Shown piece after piece: positions 37,020-50,196 of a stretch of 64,000 nt of DNA. Position 1 is the first letter of the stretch, and every line of letters starts with the position of its first letter. The stretch is from positions 122,822,001-122,886,000 of the forward strand of contig NC_083227.1 of the NCBI RefSeq assembly GCF_032191835.1, given 5' to 3'. A program made the position numbers and the translations under genes. The notes below the pieces were generated by a model. It worked only from the letters and a program-made list of their open reading frames with translations, was not told the DNA's origin and searched no databases. This stretch comes from Heteronotia binoei. Lineage: Eukaryota.

Positions 37020-40000
37020 CCACGTGGATTTTAGTGGGAGTTAGGTAAATAGGAGGAATTTTAGTGGGAGCTAAATTTTAGTGTGGACTTTGTCAGCAGA
37101 TGCTAGCAGGGCCTCCTTTGGCCAAATAGCGCTGTGTGGGAGAGACCATGCTAGGGTTGGGGATCCTAGTCATAATAGGGCAGGGATGACAGTGGGTATA
37201 GGTTATGAAGACAAGGAAGGAATCGGAGATATGGAAATGTTCGGACCCCCTCCAACCTATGTCCCATCCCGAGGAATGTTGATTATGGGACTAGGACAAA
37301 TTACCCATCTTCTTCACTGGTGTTGATTAATGCCAGGTTCATTAATAATAAGACTGCTATCCTGCAGGATTTCATTGAGGAGCAGCAAGTGGACCTGGCA
37401 TGTATGATGGAGACCTGGGAAGGCAAAACTGTCACCTTGAACCAGCTTACCCCACCTGGGTTTGCTGTCCTCCACCAGTCTTGGACAAATGGATGGGTGG
37501 GAAGTTGCTGTGCTCATCTGAGACTCTTTTTCTTTCAGGGCACTCCCTGACCAGAACATCGCTTGTATAGAGTGCACTGGCCTGGTGTGGGAAGCTGAGG
37601 AGAGTGTGGCGATCTGGGTGGTATACCGACCGCCTACCACACCGCCAGAGAGCTTACGTGCCCTGCTGGATGTGGCATCCACCTGGGCATTGGACTTCCT
37701 CAGACTTTTCATTCTGGGGGGTTTCAATGTCCATGTTGATGACATGGCGTCCTTGCAGGCTCAGAACCTAGTGTTGTTCATGGAGACACTGGGACTCAGC
37801 CAAATTGTACCAGCTCCCACACACTGGACTGGGCACATGCTGGATCTGATCTTCAGGGCAGGGATATTGGTGGATCTGGTAGCAGCAAATGCTGTTCCAT
37901 GGTCAGACCACTATGCCTTGAAAGTCCAGCTGGACCTGCAACTCCAGCCCTGCTTAGGCGGCAAGTGGATTTATGCTCGCCCGTGGAGCCAAATGGACCC
38001 AGAGCGGTTTCAGGAGGCGTGTGATCTGATGCCCCCTGGTGGGTCATTAGATGAGCTTGCGAAGGACTGGTATTTCCGGCTCTCCACTGCCACCAATGAC
38101 ATCGCCCCCTGGCGCCCTCTTCACTGTTGTACCAAGGCAGTGCCCTGGTTCTCCTTGGATCTGCTAAGGATGAAATGACAGCTTAGACAGAGAGAGTGTG
38201 GCAGCATGCTCATGATGAAGAGTCCAGAACCTCTTATAGAACGCTTATGAAAGTCTATGAAAAGGCTGTGAAGTCCGCTAAGAAAAATTTCTACATGGCC
38301 TCCATAGAGTCTGCGAAGTTGTGCCCAGCTCAATTATTTAGAGTGATACAGTCTTTGACAACTTTGCCATCGAGCAATCAAAAAGCTAGGGAATCGGATA
38401 TTGGTTCTGAGGCCCTTGCAACATATTTCACAGATAAAATCTTGACTCTGCACCAGGACCTCCCAGCCACGGTTGATACAGTACATGAACTGGAAGCCCC
38501 TTGGCCATCACATGGTCCAATACTGGACCACTTCAGTCGACTCACATTGGAGGATGTAGACAGGATCCTGGCTGCAGTGAAGCCTACTACCTGCCCCCTG
38601 GACCCCTGCCTATCCTGGCTTGTGAAGACCTGCCAGGGTGATATTGTTAACCTGTCCCTGACAAGCAGGACATTCCCAGAGAAATTAAAGGAGGTGGAAA
38701 TCCGGTCACTTTTGAAGAAACTCTCGGTGAACCCTGCAGTTCTAGCTAACCACTGCCCAGTTTCGAACTTATAATTCCTGGGAAAGGTAGTTGAGAAAGC
38801 AGTGGCGGAGCAGCTACAGGTTTTCCTGGATGAAACATCTGCCCTGGACCCATTCCAAACCGGTTTCCACCTGGGTCATGGGACAGAGACAGTACTTGTC
38901 ACCCTCACAGACAATGTAAGAAGACATCTGGACCAAGGCGGGTCGGTGCTGCTGATTTTTCTCGATCTGTCAGCAGCGTTTGACACAGTCGACTATGATC
39001 TATTGACCCACCACCTCACCATCTCCGGAATACGTGGGGGAGCCTTGCAATGGTTTTCCTCCTTCTTCCAAGGACAAGAACAAAGGGTGATGCTGGGCGA
39101 GCAGACCTCCCTGTGACACCCACTTATATGAGCTATTCTCTCTCCCATATTATTTAACATCTATATACGCCCCCTTGCCCAGATTGCCCGAGGCTTTGGA
39201 CCGGGTTGTCACCAGTCCGCTGATGACACCCAGCTCTATCTGTTGATGGATGGCAGATCGTCTTCTGTCCCTGAACATCTATCTGAGGCATTAGAGGCCG
39301 TAGTGGGATGGTTACAGCAGAGCCAACTGCAGTTAAATCCAACTAAGATTGGAGGTCCTGTGCCTGAGTCAAGGGGGGGGGGGGGATTGTGCACCCGCCT
39401 CCCAACCTTGGCGGCGCTGTTTTAGTGCTAATCCAACAGGTGAAGAGTCTAGGAGTGATCCCGGATGCCTCACTTTCTATGGAGGTCCAGGTCACAGTGG
39501 CTGCTGGGTCTGCCTTCTTCCATCTATGGCAGATCAGGCAGCTAGCACCATATCTTACCCCCCAAGACCTGGCCACAATGACCAATGTAATGGTCACTTC
39601 CAGACTAGATTACTGTAACTTGCTCTACGCTGGTTTGCCCTTGAAACTGATCCAGAAACTGCAGTGAGTGCAGAATGCAGCAGCTCGCCTGCTGACTGCA
39701 TCACCTGTATGAGTGAGCATAAGGCCGGTGCTCCGCAGCCTGCACTGGCTGCCTATAAAGTACCAGATTCATTCCAAGCTGTTAGTTTTGACTTTTAAAG
39801 CCTTACACAGTCTGGGACCAACATACCTGTGGGAACTTCTCTTCCCATATATGCCCCGGAGGTCACTTCGTTCAGCCTCCCAAGATAGGCTGACTGTTCC
39901 CGGCCCAAGAGATGCCCGTCTTGCCTCTACCAGGGTCAGGTCATTCTCGGTCCTGGCTCCAACCTGATGGAATCAGCTCCACAAGGAGATCCAAGCCCTA

Positions 40001-40140
40001 CCTGGCTTGTTAGCCTTTTGTAGGGCCTGTAAAACGGAGCTGTTCCACCAGGTTTTTGGGTTAGGCGGCAGGCATCTATTCATTAGATCAGTTGGCCTGA
40101 CAGAATATAGATGCTGAAACAAAGCACTAAAAGATAGAAA
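37020..40140 (+). mobile_element. Long L2-clade LINE: degenerate ORF2 (APE endonuclease and reverse transcriptase)
   Basis: Consecutive ORF pieces: LINARFINNK...ACMMETW (EN), LILGGFNVH, PTHWTGHMLDL, DHYAL, DPFQTGFHLGHGTET, FLDLSAAFDTV, HQSADDTQL (YADD changed to SADD), SRLDYCN, LHWLPI. Many stops and frameshifts. Outer boundaries are approximate. Confidence 0.92.
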
Positions 40141-40474
40141 GATATCCACCTCTTGCAAACTATTCTCTGTATCGTCTTTTCAGTTTCATTTATGCCATAG
40201 ACCAGTTTTCTAAAGTTACTGAAAGTTACCTCTTTAGCTGGATTGGTAATCATTCCTGCAAGTTCATCCTGTTCTGTCATACTTTGCAAGTTTATCTTCT
40301 GATCATCTATGAAAATTTAGGTCTGATATGCAACCCAACTTTCTCAGCATGTTTCTTTTTAATGAGGCAAGCCCTTTCAGCCAACAGGTACAGATGTAAA
40401 AAAAGGTAGATTGTAGTGCATGGATTAGGCCTGATTTCTGCATTTCATCTTTTACTCCTTCAGCCATTTGTTTA

Positions 40475-41328
40475 TCTATATATATAAAGACGAATCTCCT
40501 GACCTACAAATCAAGCCCCAGCCAAAACCCTTGGACCCAGAAACTTGAAATTTGGAGAGAACATTCCTTTCATGATGTAGACAGCAACTAAAAAAGGATT
40601 TTAAGAAATTCACCCCCTAAGGGGGTAAAAAGGAGTAAAATCTGTTTCCCCATAAGAATACAGTGTAGCTTGGAGGCTGCTGCCTCTTCCTATGCTCACA
40701 GAGACAGTTAGAGCAAAAGGTTATTTGCATTAACCACCTGATTGGACATCACCCCCAACATTCTAAAGCTCACTAGGCTTGCCAATCTTCCTGTGGAGCC
40801 TGTCTGAGTTACAGTTACAGGAAACTGCTGACAACATTCCATACCTCATCCTCCCCACCCCCAAAACAGTTGGAACACAGAGGTCATTTGCATATGCAAC
40901 CTAATGGGTCCTCACCCGCAACATTCTAAACAGTATGCATTTTCTACTGGGAGTCAATGAATGTGCCCTGAAGTAAAATGCATCTCCTTGTCTTACTCTA
41001 AAAATGCACTAGGGATTTTACATAAAAGCCAGTATGGAAACTAAGCTTTCAAATGACCAGGGGGAAACGGTGCACAACCTTTCAAGGGCTTGCTTGGAAG
41101 TGAACCTCTCACATGAACATGTCACAGTGTCCACCATAGCACCACTTCCTCAGGCCAACTTCCTCACACACCTCCGACAGCCATCACCTCTTGCTGCCCT
41201 CAAGAAAACTCCTGGCAGATGTTGTGTAAGATACACCAATGCTACAAGGAGGAAGCAACTTAGAGATGCAGCAAAGAAATTCACAAATAGTAGTTACATA
41301 CCATAGCGAAGCACGGTTATCAAGCTAG
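40475..41328 (+). mobile_element. Non-autonomous Helitron (854 bp)
   Basis: Inserted between A (40474) and T (41329) with no TSD. 5' TCTATATATATAAA; 3' CCATAGCGAAGCACGG hairpin-like motif followed by TTATCAAGCTAG. GAAATTTGG motif near the 5' end. Confidence 0.78.
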
Positions 41329-41755
41329 TTTATTTAATATATTTATTATTCCCAATTTTAAAAATCCCCAAACATCAATTTCATGAACACACAACATATA
41401 CATACTCCCTAGCAGGCAACAACCTTTTATGGAGGCTCATTTTAAATAGTGTTTGAAAGTGATCTGTTTGGATCTCAGTCCCTACTTTCAGAAATTACTG
41501 TTGCCATGATTGCTGTTTTCACTGTATTCCATTCTATTGGTATTCTGGCATTCCACCAGAAAAGAAGTTTGGCTGGAGACCTACAACTGCTGAACCCTAC
41601 GTGACTGAATTTCATTGAAATAGTAAGGCAAGAAGTAAAAGACACTCATAAAAGCGGGATCAGTGTTAATCCACTGAGATAGAAAAACTGACAGTGAAAT
41701 GAGGTGAAAAAAGGGGAACATTGACTTACATTAATTTCCAACAAGAAGGCAGAAT

Positions 41756-42514
41756 AGGGGTGTCAAACTCATTTGTTATAAGGGCCGGATTTGACATAAA
41801 TGAGACCTTGTTGGGCCAAACTATGTCTGGCCGGGCAATGTTTGCATCCATTTAAGATTAGGTGGCAAAGATATAAACTTTCTAAAGCAGAGGTGGCCAA
41901 TGGTAGCTCTCCAGATGTTTTTTTGCCACAACTCCCATCAGCCCCAGCCATTGGCCATGCTGGCTGGGGCTGATAGAAGTTGTAGGCAAAAAACATCTGG
42001 AGAGCTACCGTTGGTCACCCCTGTTCTAAAGGACACAGACAAACACAATAAAAGTTTTTTTAAAAAAAAACCTAAAAATAAAACATGCTTAAAACATTAG
42101 CACTCATTGGTCTTAAAGGCTCTTTCTTTATATCTCTCCCATGGGATCCAGGGAACTGGGCAAAGGAAGCTCTGGTTCTTTCCTTCTTTACCCTGGGGAC
42201 CAGGGTGGGCAGGAGCCTCAGACAATAGATGGAAGAGAGGTTTAGCTCAATAGCTTTGATGTGCAATTGAGAAAGCCTGGCAAAGCGAGCTATTCCTTCC
42301 CCCTTACTCCTCAAGGGAGAAGCCTCAGCCAATGGAGAACATAAAGACTTTGCTCTGTAGCTCCTGTGCAATTGAGCAAGCCTTGCAAAGTAAGCTGTTC
42401 TGCAGAAGGAAGCAAGAGGGAGAAGGAAGCAGATGACAGCCAGTTGCTCAGGGGCCTGATAGGAGCCCTCCAAGGGTCTGATTCGGCCCCCAGGCCACAT
42501 ATTTGACACCCCTG
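41756..42514 (+). mobile_element. Non-autonomous hAT (Charlie/Buster-like), GGGGTGTCAAA family
   Basis: TIRs GGGGTGTCAAA / TTTGACACCCCTG. Right flank GAATAGAG; only GAATA is kept on the left. A related copy lies at ~57800-58343. Confidence 0.8.
41888..42023. mobile_element. Palindromic hAT MITE nested in the element above
   Basis: Ends CAGAGGTGGCCAA / TTGGTCACCCCTG. Perfect TSD TTCTAAAG (41880-41887, 42024-42031). Nearly fully self-complementary. Confidence 0.9.
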
Positions 42515-45500
42515 GAATAGAGAATAACATAGAAAACTGAGGAGCAAATAAACCACACATGTAAAAGTTTAACCAAAACAGTACTTCAGTCCTGCCCAGA
42601 TTGTGTATGTAAGATAATCAGTGATGATAAGAGAATCTGGCAAGTGTTCAGAGATGGTCATACTTTTAGAACACAGTTCAGTTATTCCAGAAAGAGTCAG
42701 AAAAGCTTACCCAAGGAATATGAGAATTTGTGCCTTAACACCATTGTAGGACAACACATGATTTATATGATAATCTAATAACTTTACTATAGATGCTGTG
42801 AGTTCAGTTGGATTGGGGTGGCCACAGGAGCTGAATGGACAGAGGGATACTTCCTTCTTAAAGTAATACATTTGGACTTTGACAAATGAAAATATTTTCT
42901 TGGTTTAATCTGTCATTTTCTTTTCTAGTAATGCCATTAACATTGCCTGTTGGCTTTTGTTTTGTGGACAGAAATCTGATACCATCTGGCCTGAAACTAC
43001 CTGCTATGAAACTGCTATCCACAAAATTGTCATTTTGTGTTTATAGGTTCTAGGGCAGAGTAACAGCTCTCATGCTTCAGGTCATCAAATGAGTCCAGCC
43101 TAGGTGAAATAAGGGCAAAAACAAACAACAACAACAACAAAAAGCAAAAGTGCTCCTTGTGAGAATGACATTTCATATCTCACCACAAGACTTCGGTTTT
43201 CCTTGCAACAATTTGTTGCTTCTTGCTCTTTGAAACAGAAGCACACTGAACTAGATGGTTTGATCTGGTGTAGCTGCAGCACCTCAACTCTTGGCTGTTC
43301 ATTTGGGATTTTGTAAATGTTTTAGTGTGTGCTATTAATCTTGAAGACTCTGTGCCTTATTATTATTCCTACAATTCAAAATTTACATTTTTTAAAACCT
43401 GCCTTCTGGAACAATGAACAGAGTTAAATAAAGAATGTAATATATTTATATGTCTCCTAATCAAGTTAAAATATTATCTCCATCTGTTCTTTCCTGTGAA
43501 AGTTTCCAATCAAAGGGCTTGTATTTTCTGACAAGCAATATTTTTCCCTGTTTAAAATTTAAATGAAGACTTCAGATGTTCTCCAGAGTATGAAACAGAC
43601 ACAGTTTTTGAGAAACAGGATATAGGTTTTAATCATTCCATTTATAATCTCCATGGCCTTGATAGTTAGACTGTTTTTATTGTTTTTCAGTTAAATGCTA
43701 GACATTATACAGAGAAAATATTTATTCATTTTCAACATGATTATGCTGAACTCCAAAATGCCCCCAAACCTGCCAGAAAGGGCTGTTATGAACCCAGATC
43801 TTTATATCAGCTCAAACCCCACCTTTCCCAAGGGATGCACATGTAGTGCATTGCATAAACAGGAAAAAAACACGCTGTTTTCTAACAGACAGCTGAGCTT
43901 ACAGCAGGAGGGGTATGCTGCTCTACAAAAGGGATGGACATGATAGCAATCACCTCTTGTCTAGCTATGAAACTAGGGCAGCATGACTGAATGTGAGACA
44001 GACAAGAATGCCTTTAGCCAATGAAAAAACAAAACAGATGCCCATGATGTCCTTTTTCTTGATGATACCATTCTGTGATAGTGACAAATTGTTCTGCCCT
44101 ATTCCCTTTCCAGGTGTAAATGACTGCTGCTTTGCAGCTACTAGATAACAGCATTCTGCAGGCATTGTAAATGTAGTATTATTATTTAAAAAAAAAAATA
44201 AAAGAAAATACAGTATTATCCAGCTTCAATGAACTCAAATCTATCAAACATGAATGAATTGCAAACATATTTGTATCTGGTACAATTGACCATTTTAGAG
44301 CACAATCCTGGAAGGGAAGAAGAAAGCACACAGGGAGCCAACTGACCACTATGCTGGGTTATCTCTGAGAAGGATGGGGATGGGCATAAACTAAACCACA
44401 GAGCAAAATTCATCACAAATTTTGCCCTCTTCATGGTTTTCAAATAGTTCATGATGGGAATACTATTACAAACTTCCACAAGCTTTTAAAGCAGTCCATG
44501 GTGGTTTGTGGATAGAGCAGAAAGGAGTTTAAAAGGACTCTGAATCCCTTTAAACCCCTCATTTCTGTTCCTCACGAAAGCAGCATAAGCATCTGAGTGA
44601 TGGGGACGTAGAGTTGTGCAAAAAAAAAAAAAGATTGGAAACAATCAGATTCAGAAATATACAGGGCCAAAATAGTCAGAATACCATATATTTCTGAATA
44701 CCAGTACTCGGAATAGCCGTATATATAGGAGATATACAGCTATTTCCGAATATACAGCCCAATTATACCCTATGGGCCATTGAAATCAATGGCAAAATAG
44801 GGTATATTGGAAGCCACCTGGAGGGAAGGGGGTTTGAGGGAGAGCCCCAAAATTTGCCAGGGACCTGCAGGGGACTCTTCCCTACAACCCCCCCAAGTCC
44901 TAAAAAGATTGGGCAAGGGGGTCCCATTCCAGGGGCACCCAAAGAGGGTGACCCTATCCCACCATTATACCCTATGGACCATTGAAATCAATGGCAGCAT
45001 AGGGCATAATTAGAGGCTACTGGGGGACAGGGGGTTTGAGGCAGAGCCCCCAAAACTGCAGGGAACTTGCAGGGGATTCTCCCCTACAAAATCCCCAAGT
45101 CCCAAAAAGATTGGGCCAGGAGGTCCCTGTCTTTGGGCTCCCCAAAAGGCCCATTGCCACCAATGCTGGGGAAAGCCCAATTAACCACTTCCTCCACTAT
45201 AATTGCTGTGGGGAAAGTGGCTCTGGCCAAAGGGGGGTTTGAGGGAGAGGCCCCAAAACTGCAGGACAGCTTCAGGGGACTCCCCTGCATACAACCCCCC
45301 CTGCCCCAAAAAGAATGCATCCATCTGTGGGCACCCCAAAAGGAACACTGCTCCCAATGGTGAGAAAAAATCAATTAGAGCCACTTCCCCCACTGTAATT
45401 GTCGTGGGAAAAGTGGCTCTGGGGAGCAGGGGGTTTTGAGCAGAGCCCCTCAAACTGCTGTGCAGCTTCAGGGCATGGTCCCACACAAAACTCACAAGGC

Positions 45501-46531
45501 CAAAAAAAAAAATTGGACCAGGGGGTCCAATTCCTGGGGCACCCAAAGCCAAACCTAACTTCACACCAGAGAATCTCTATAGGACCCAAATGCACTACAT
45601 CCCTCTATCTACTCTATGAACCCTGCTAGCCTGGAACCAATATAAACCCAGTTGCCAATGTCACTGCTACACAAAACACAATCTGCTCAAGGTCTGCTCT
45701 GCAGACCTGGCTGCTGCAAACCCAGATGCCAGCTCTCCAGCCCGGGGAGAGCTGACCAAGCACAACAAGCATGCTGGTTCTGGGTCTCTCACCCAGATGC
45801 CAGCTTCCCTGCCACAGAACACACAATCTACAGATGCCAGCTCCCCAGCCCTGCCCCAAACAACACACTCTCAAACAAGAGAAGCAGTGGACCACACCTA
45901 GCTCCACATCATTCTGTATCTGACACAAAGCAACAAGGATTTAGATTTACCTTGAGTGATGAATGGTTGGCTGGTCCATGCTCTTTTGCATTACCCAGGG
46001 TGCACCACGAGGAGGCGAGCCAGAGTTTCACCCCAAATGAGGAAGATCACTGGAAGGGCCTCAGATTATGTGAGAAGAAGGGAACCATTCCTTCTCTCTC
46101 AGCTCAGCAGCAACACACCACCTATCACTGTCCCATTAGAGGGACCTTAGCATTGGTATGGCTGCTGGCTGCCTGTCATTATCACTGGCACCTCCCTCTT
46201 TCTTCCTCCTGCCCTGAAAAAAAAAACTGGGTTATCCTGGCTGGGCCTGTGGGTGCTGTTGGTTACAGTTGGGGGCTGCAATGGCCCTTTCAGTATTATT
46301 AGGCATGTGTGGATGGGGACTGGGGAAATTTGGATTGCTTTGCAGATTTTAAATCAGCATGCACTTTTGGTTTGGGGATGGATGAGGGGTGCGGGGGTGC
46401 ACTGCCAATCAATTTGTGAGTGGATTTTTGGGCTGTGTTTGGACTCTAGTCTATGTTTAGTGGGAGAGCATTTTACAACCACCTTCCAAGCGCTGGCCAA
46501 GAGAGGATGCAGGAACAAGTAGGTGCTCACT

Positions 46532-48682
46532 TCATTCACTCTCAGACTCAACGTTCGGGGAGCTGAACAGAGGCAAGTTGACCTTCAGGAGGACCAACTG
46601 CTCAACTGTCCAGGATTGCAGGCAATTGTGATGTGGGCAGACAGTGTCACCCATATGCAAAAAGACGTGCTCGCTCTGCACGCTCGTCAGTAAGCATGAG
46701 AGGAACGCCTTGGCCACGGAGGAGAGAACTGGCCAGACCCCCTCCTTCGTGACCCAGTAGTCCAAAGGTTTCCTGCGACTCGTTGGGCTCCAAAAGATAC
46801 TCCCTCACCATTGCAACACCCGTCTCCGGTCTTAGGGACCTACTGCTCACAGAGGGGCCAACGAGCCGCCCGATGAGTGTCATCTTGGCACTCTTCTTGG
46901 CATGAATCTGGTGGGAAACACTGCCTAGCCGGGGAGGTTGGGAATGAACAGCAGTGGAAGTGGCAAATGATCTACAGGCACTGGGCCCAACCTTATTCTG
47001 CAGCGCTCAACCTTCTGGGAGAGCTTAAAGGCGATCGTGCCCTTAAGGCGCGGGTCTAACATGCTTGCCATCATGTAGACCTTATCCTCGGTGAAAGTCT
47101 GAAAGTGGGCCTCAAGCCCTTCCTGCAGCCTAACAACCAGGGCACGCACCACTGGAAGAATGTCTGCATCGCCTTGAACTGGCCCTTCTGGGGCCAGGTC
47201 CTCATGGGTCATGTGGACCATGGGGACGACTGGTGCGATGCTCGCCATGTCAGATGAGAGCATTTCTGTGTGGGTCTTGAAGGGCCCAAGAACCTCCACA
47301 GTCTGAGAAATGACCACCCAATCCTCTTGGGTGAGACGGTTCTCATCCTTAAAGACCCTTGTCTCAGAGACAAAGGAATCCAGGGCTGCTCTCTGTTCTA
47401 CCATGCGCTCTAGCATGGCACAGGTGGAGTTCCAGCGTGTGCTGACATCACCGATCAGGCGGTGCCCTGGCAAGCCTGTCAGTGTCTGTTTCTCATGCAG
47501 TAGATACGAGTCCGTATTGCTGCGTGAGAAGTGACCCATGATGTGCCGACACTTCTGGAGCAAACGTCGGTACTCATGGGTCGCACCTAGATACCAACAA
47601 TCCTGGCTTTTCATCTGGCCCAATGCGTCCTTAACCACGAGGTGGAGAAGGTGGGCCATAGAAGGAAGGCGTTTTAGGCCCTGATGCTGGACAGCCGCCT
47701 TGATGTTGGAGCCACTGTCAATCACCACAAAGCCCGTGGCGACATCCCTGCTGCCTACCCAGCCCTCTAACTGCCCTGAGAGGATGGCTCCAAGAGTGTC
47801 CTCCGTGTGTGGCGTGTTGACTGCTTTGGCCTGCAGCCTGCTGCTATTGCCACTCCCACCCTGCAGCTCACTGGGTTGCCACCAATGTGCAGTCAGGGAG
47901 AAATACCCCTCGAATCCATGTTGGGAACTCCAGTTATCTGAGGTGAAATGAACAGTCCCTCCGACAGCACGGGACAAATGCTCCTTCACCACAGATCTGG
48001 TCACCCTGAAAACAGATGGCACAACGGTCCTGCTAATGGTGGTTATAGCAGGAACTTTTTACCAGGGCACCAGGTACTCAAGCAACCCTAGCACCCCAGG
48101 ATTCTCGACCACTGAAAATGGAAGCCCATGGGCAACCGACCTGGCAAGGTTCCAGGTGATCACCCTCCTGCTGTACCTGATTCCCCCTCTTGGCACACAG
48201 GTGCCATCCCCACCAAACATCTCAGGTAGAGATGGTTGGCATCCCTGACCTGTCACAGAACTCTCCTGGAGAGCTCTGGAAGTAGTCGCAATGGGACGGA
48301 CCTCCTGGCTGGGTGGTGTTGGCCGTTTGGGCACCCCAGCACCAGCATGCTTCTCCAGCACAACTTCCTGCACTGATGGAGGAGAGTGTGGGCCCAGGGG
48401 CATGGCAAGAGTTACTTGGCAACTTATGCCACTCCAGCACTGGAACACTCCCTGGAACCAGCAAAAGAAAATATGCCAGCAAAATCCCTGACATAGCCCA
48501 TAGGTGTCTACTATGTCTGAAAAAGCAACCCACACACAGCTGCCACACTCCAAGTGCCCCATGAACTGTGGTGGATGGCTGTGACACTGAGGTCCTGTCT
48601 GGTGTCTATGTGGCTTCACAGCCACATTGCATCCCTGAGGTGGTGACAGGGGTCTACCCCCCCCCCTTGCTATTATCTTCAT
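46532..48682 (-). pseudogene. hAT (Ac/ZBED-like) transposase pseudogene
   Basis: One frame runs 48682 to ~47000, broken only by TAA at 48059-48061. Motifs: GLPFSVVENPG, VHFTSDNWSS (D), YFSLTAHW, VIDSGSN (D), SMAHLLHLVV (CxxH changed to SxxH), DVSTRWNST, LDPRLK. Two frameshifts then lead to the dimerisation domain DYW...AKAFLSCLLTSVQSEHVF (E). Confidence 0.93.
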
Positions 48683-49652
48683 TCCCCCTAGGTGATTTTA
48701 TTCAGCAGGCAAACTGGTGCCAGGTTAGTGCCAAAGTTGGCAAAGGGGCTGAGCTGTGGCAGCTGCTAGGGTGTTCAGGGATGGAGATGAGGTAGTTGTG
48801 GGGTGGGGCATGGCAGTGGGTCCATGCATGGCATGGGTAGGACCTGCTCACTGATACATTGTTCTCCATGGCCTGTGGGGAATGGTGGGAGACTGTAGGT
48901 GTCATGGTACACCCTAGCTTGGTTCTGGATGGTGTGGCTGGTGCTGCCTCTGGTGGGACTGAGTATTTGGGGTCACTGACTGGCCCCTGTGCTCAGCACA
49001 GCACCTCCCCTCTACCCTGTTGTCCATGAGAACAGATATCAAGAGATTGATCCAGGGGGTTCATCTCCAGGGGCACCACCTATGATAGGAAAACCTACTC
49101 CAGGCAGCAGTCAGATTCTCCTACAGTCAAGTCACTGGGCTGAGGGTGCTAGCTTGCAAGGAACATAGTTGCCCAGCAGAACAAGTGCTACTGTGGCAAT
49201 GGTAGTGCAATGCACAGGACTTTAGTTCAAATTAGAGAATTTCTCAGATTTAAAATTTTGATGGAGGCTTTCTGTAGGGACTGCAGCACAGAACCAGTGC
49301 ATTGAACCAACAAATGCCAAGCAGCAGAGATGGGGCATGGACTTTCCACATGCAAAGGAGTTGCATACTGAACCACAGCCCTTCCAAAGAAATACCTGTG
49401 GGGAATCCTGTAACATTGCAGTGTAAGAAAAAAAAATTTGGTAACCACTTGGGGTTTAAAAGAAGCTTCTGAGATGTCAAGGCTGCTCAAGGGGAACCTT
49501 AATTTACGTGTCAATAACTTGCATAAATATCACCTCTAGCCTTCTTTTAAAAGCAAGTAGCTTAGGAACCTGTCACTGCACTGTACTTATTCTAGTTCTT
49601 GGTTCAAGCATGGCATGCACCCAAATAAAGAAGCATTCCTATCTATCATAAC

Positions 49653-49834
49653 CAGGGCTTTTTTTGTAGTAGGAACTCTTTTGCATATTAGGCTACACCC
49701 CGCTGATGTAGCCAATCCTCCAAAAGTTTGCAGGGCTCTTCTTACAAGGCCTAGTGTAAGCTCTTGGAGGATTGGTTACATTGAGGTGGGGTAGCAAAAT
49801 ATGCAAAGGAATTCCTGCTACAGAAAAAGCCCTG
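49653..49834. mobile_element. hAT MITE, CAGGGCTTT family, palindromic form, nested in the large hAT
   Basis: TSD ATCATAAC (49645-49652) / ATCGTAAC (49835-49842). Inverted arms. Confidence 0.88.
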
Positions 49835-49909
49835 ATCGTAACAACGCTGAGAGACCAATCACCAAAAATACTCAAGACACAGGAACCTCCAGGACCTAAC
49901 AGAGATATT

Positions 49910-50196
49910 GAGAGCCAGTTTGGTGTAGTGGATAAGTGCGTGGACTCTTATCTGGGAGAACCAGATTTGATTCCCCACTCCTCCACTTGCACCCGCTGAG
50001 ATGGCCTTGGGTCAGCCATAGCTTTCATAGAAGCTGTCCTTGAAAGGGCAGCTGCTATAAAAGCACTCTCAGCCACACCTACCTCACAGGGTGTTTGTTG
50101 TGGGGGGAGGGGAAGGTAGAGGAAATTGTGATCACTCTGAGACTCTGAAATTCAGAGTATAGGGTGGGATATAAGTCCAAAATCTTCTTCTTCTTC
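49910..50196 (+). mobile_element. Squam3-like CORE-SINE nested in the large hAT
   Basis: GAGAGCCAGTTTGGTGTAGTGG head to (TTC)n tail. Homologous to 27766-28050. Confidence 0.88.

Noticed and set aside
44560-44608. Sequence left of the hAT as the displaced start of the Gypsy 3' LTR
   Set aside because: It lacks a TG start and a duplicated target, there is no 5' LTR to compare with, and the adjacent DNA looks like a GATGGGCA-type MITE.
44760-45600. Repeat array with palindromic motifs, superficially CRISPR-like
   Set aside because: The units are ~200-bp degenerate tandem copies without unique spacers, inside a eukaryotic hAT element, and there are no cas genes.
45652-46302. 216-aa ORF inside the hAT element as a second gene
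   Set aside because: Low-complexity, built partly from internal DNA repeats (ACACAATCT...CAGATGCCAGCT), with no recognisable domain.
3483-50196. A-box/B-box stretches as tRNA genes
   Set aside because: All are SINE heads continuing into CORE or body sequence and simple-repeat tails. I saw no complete cloverleaf.
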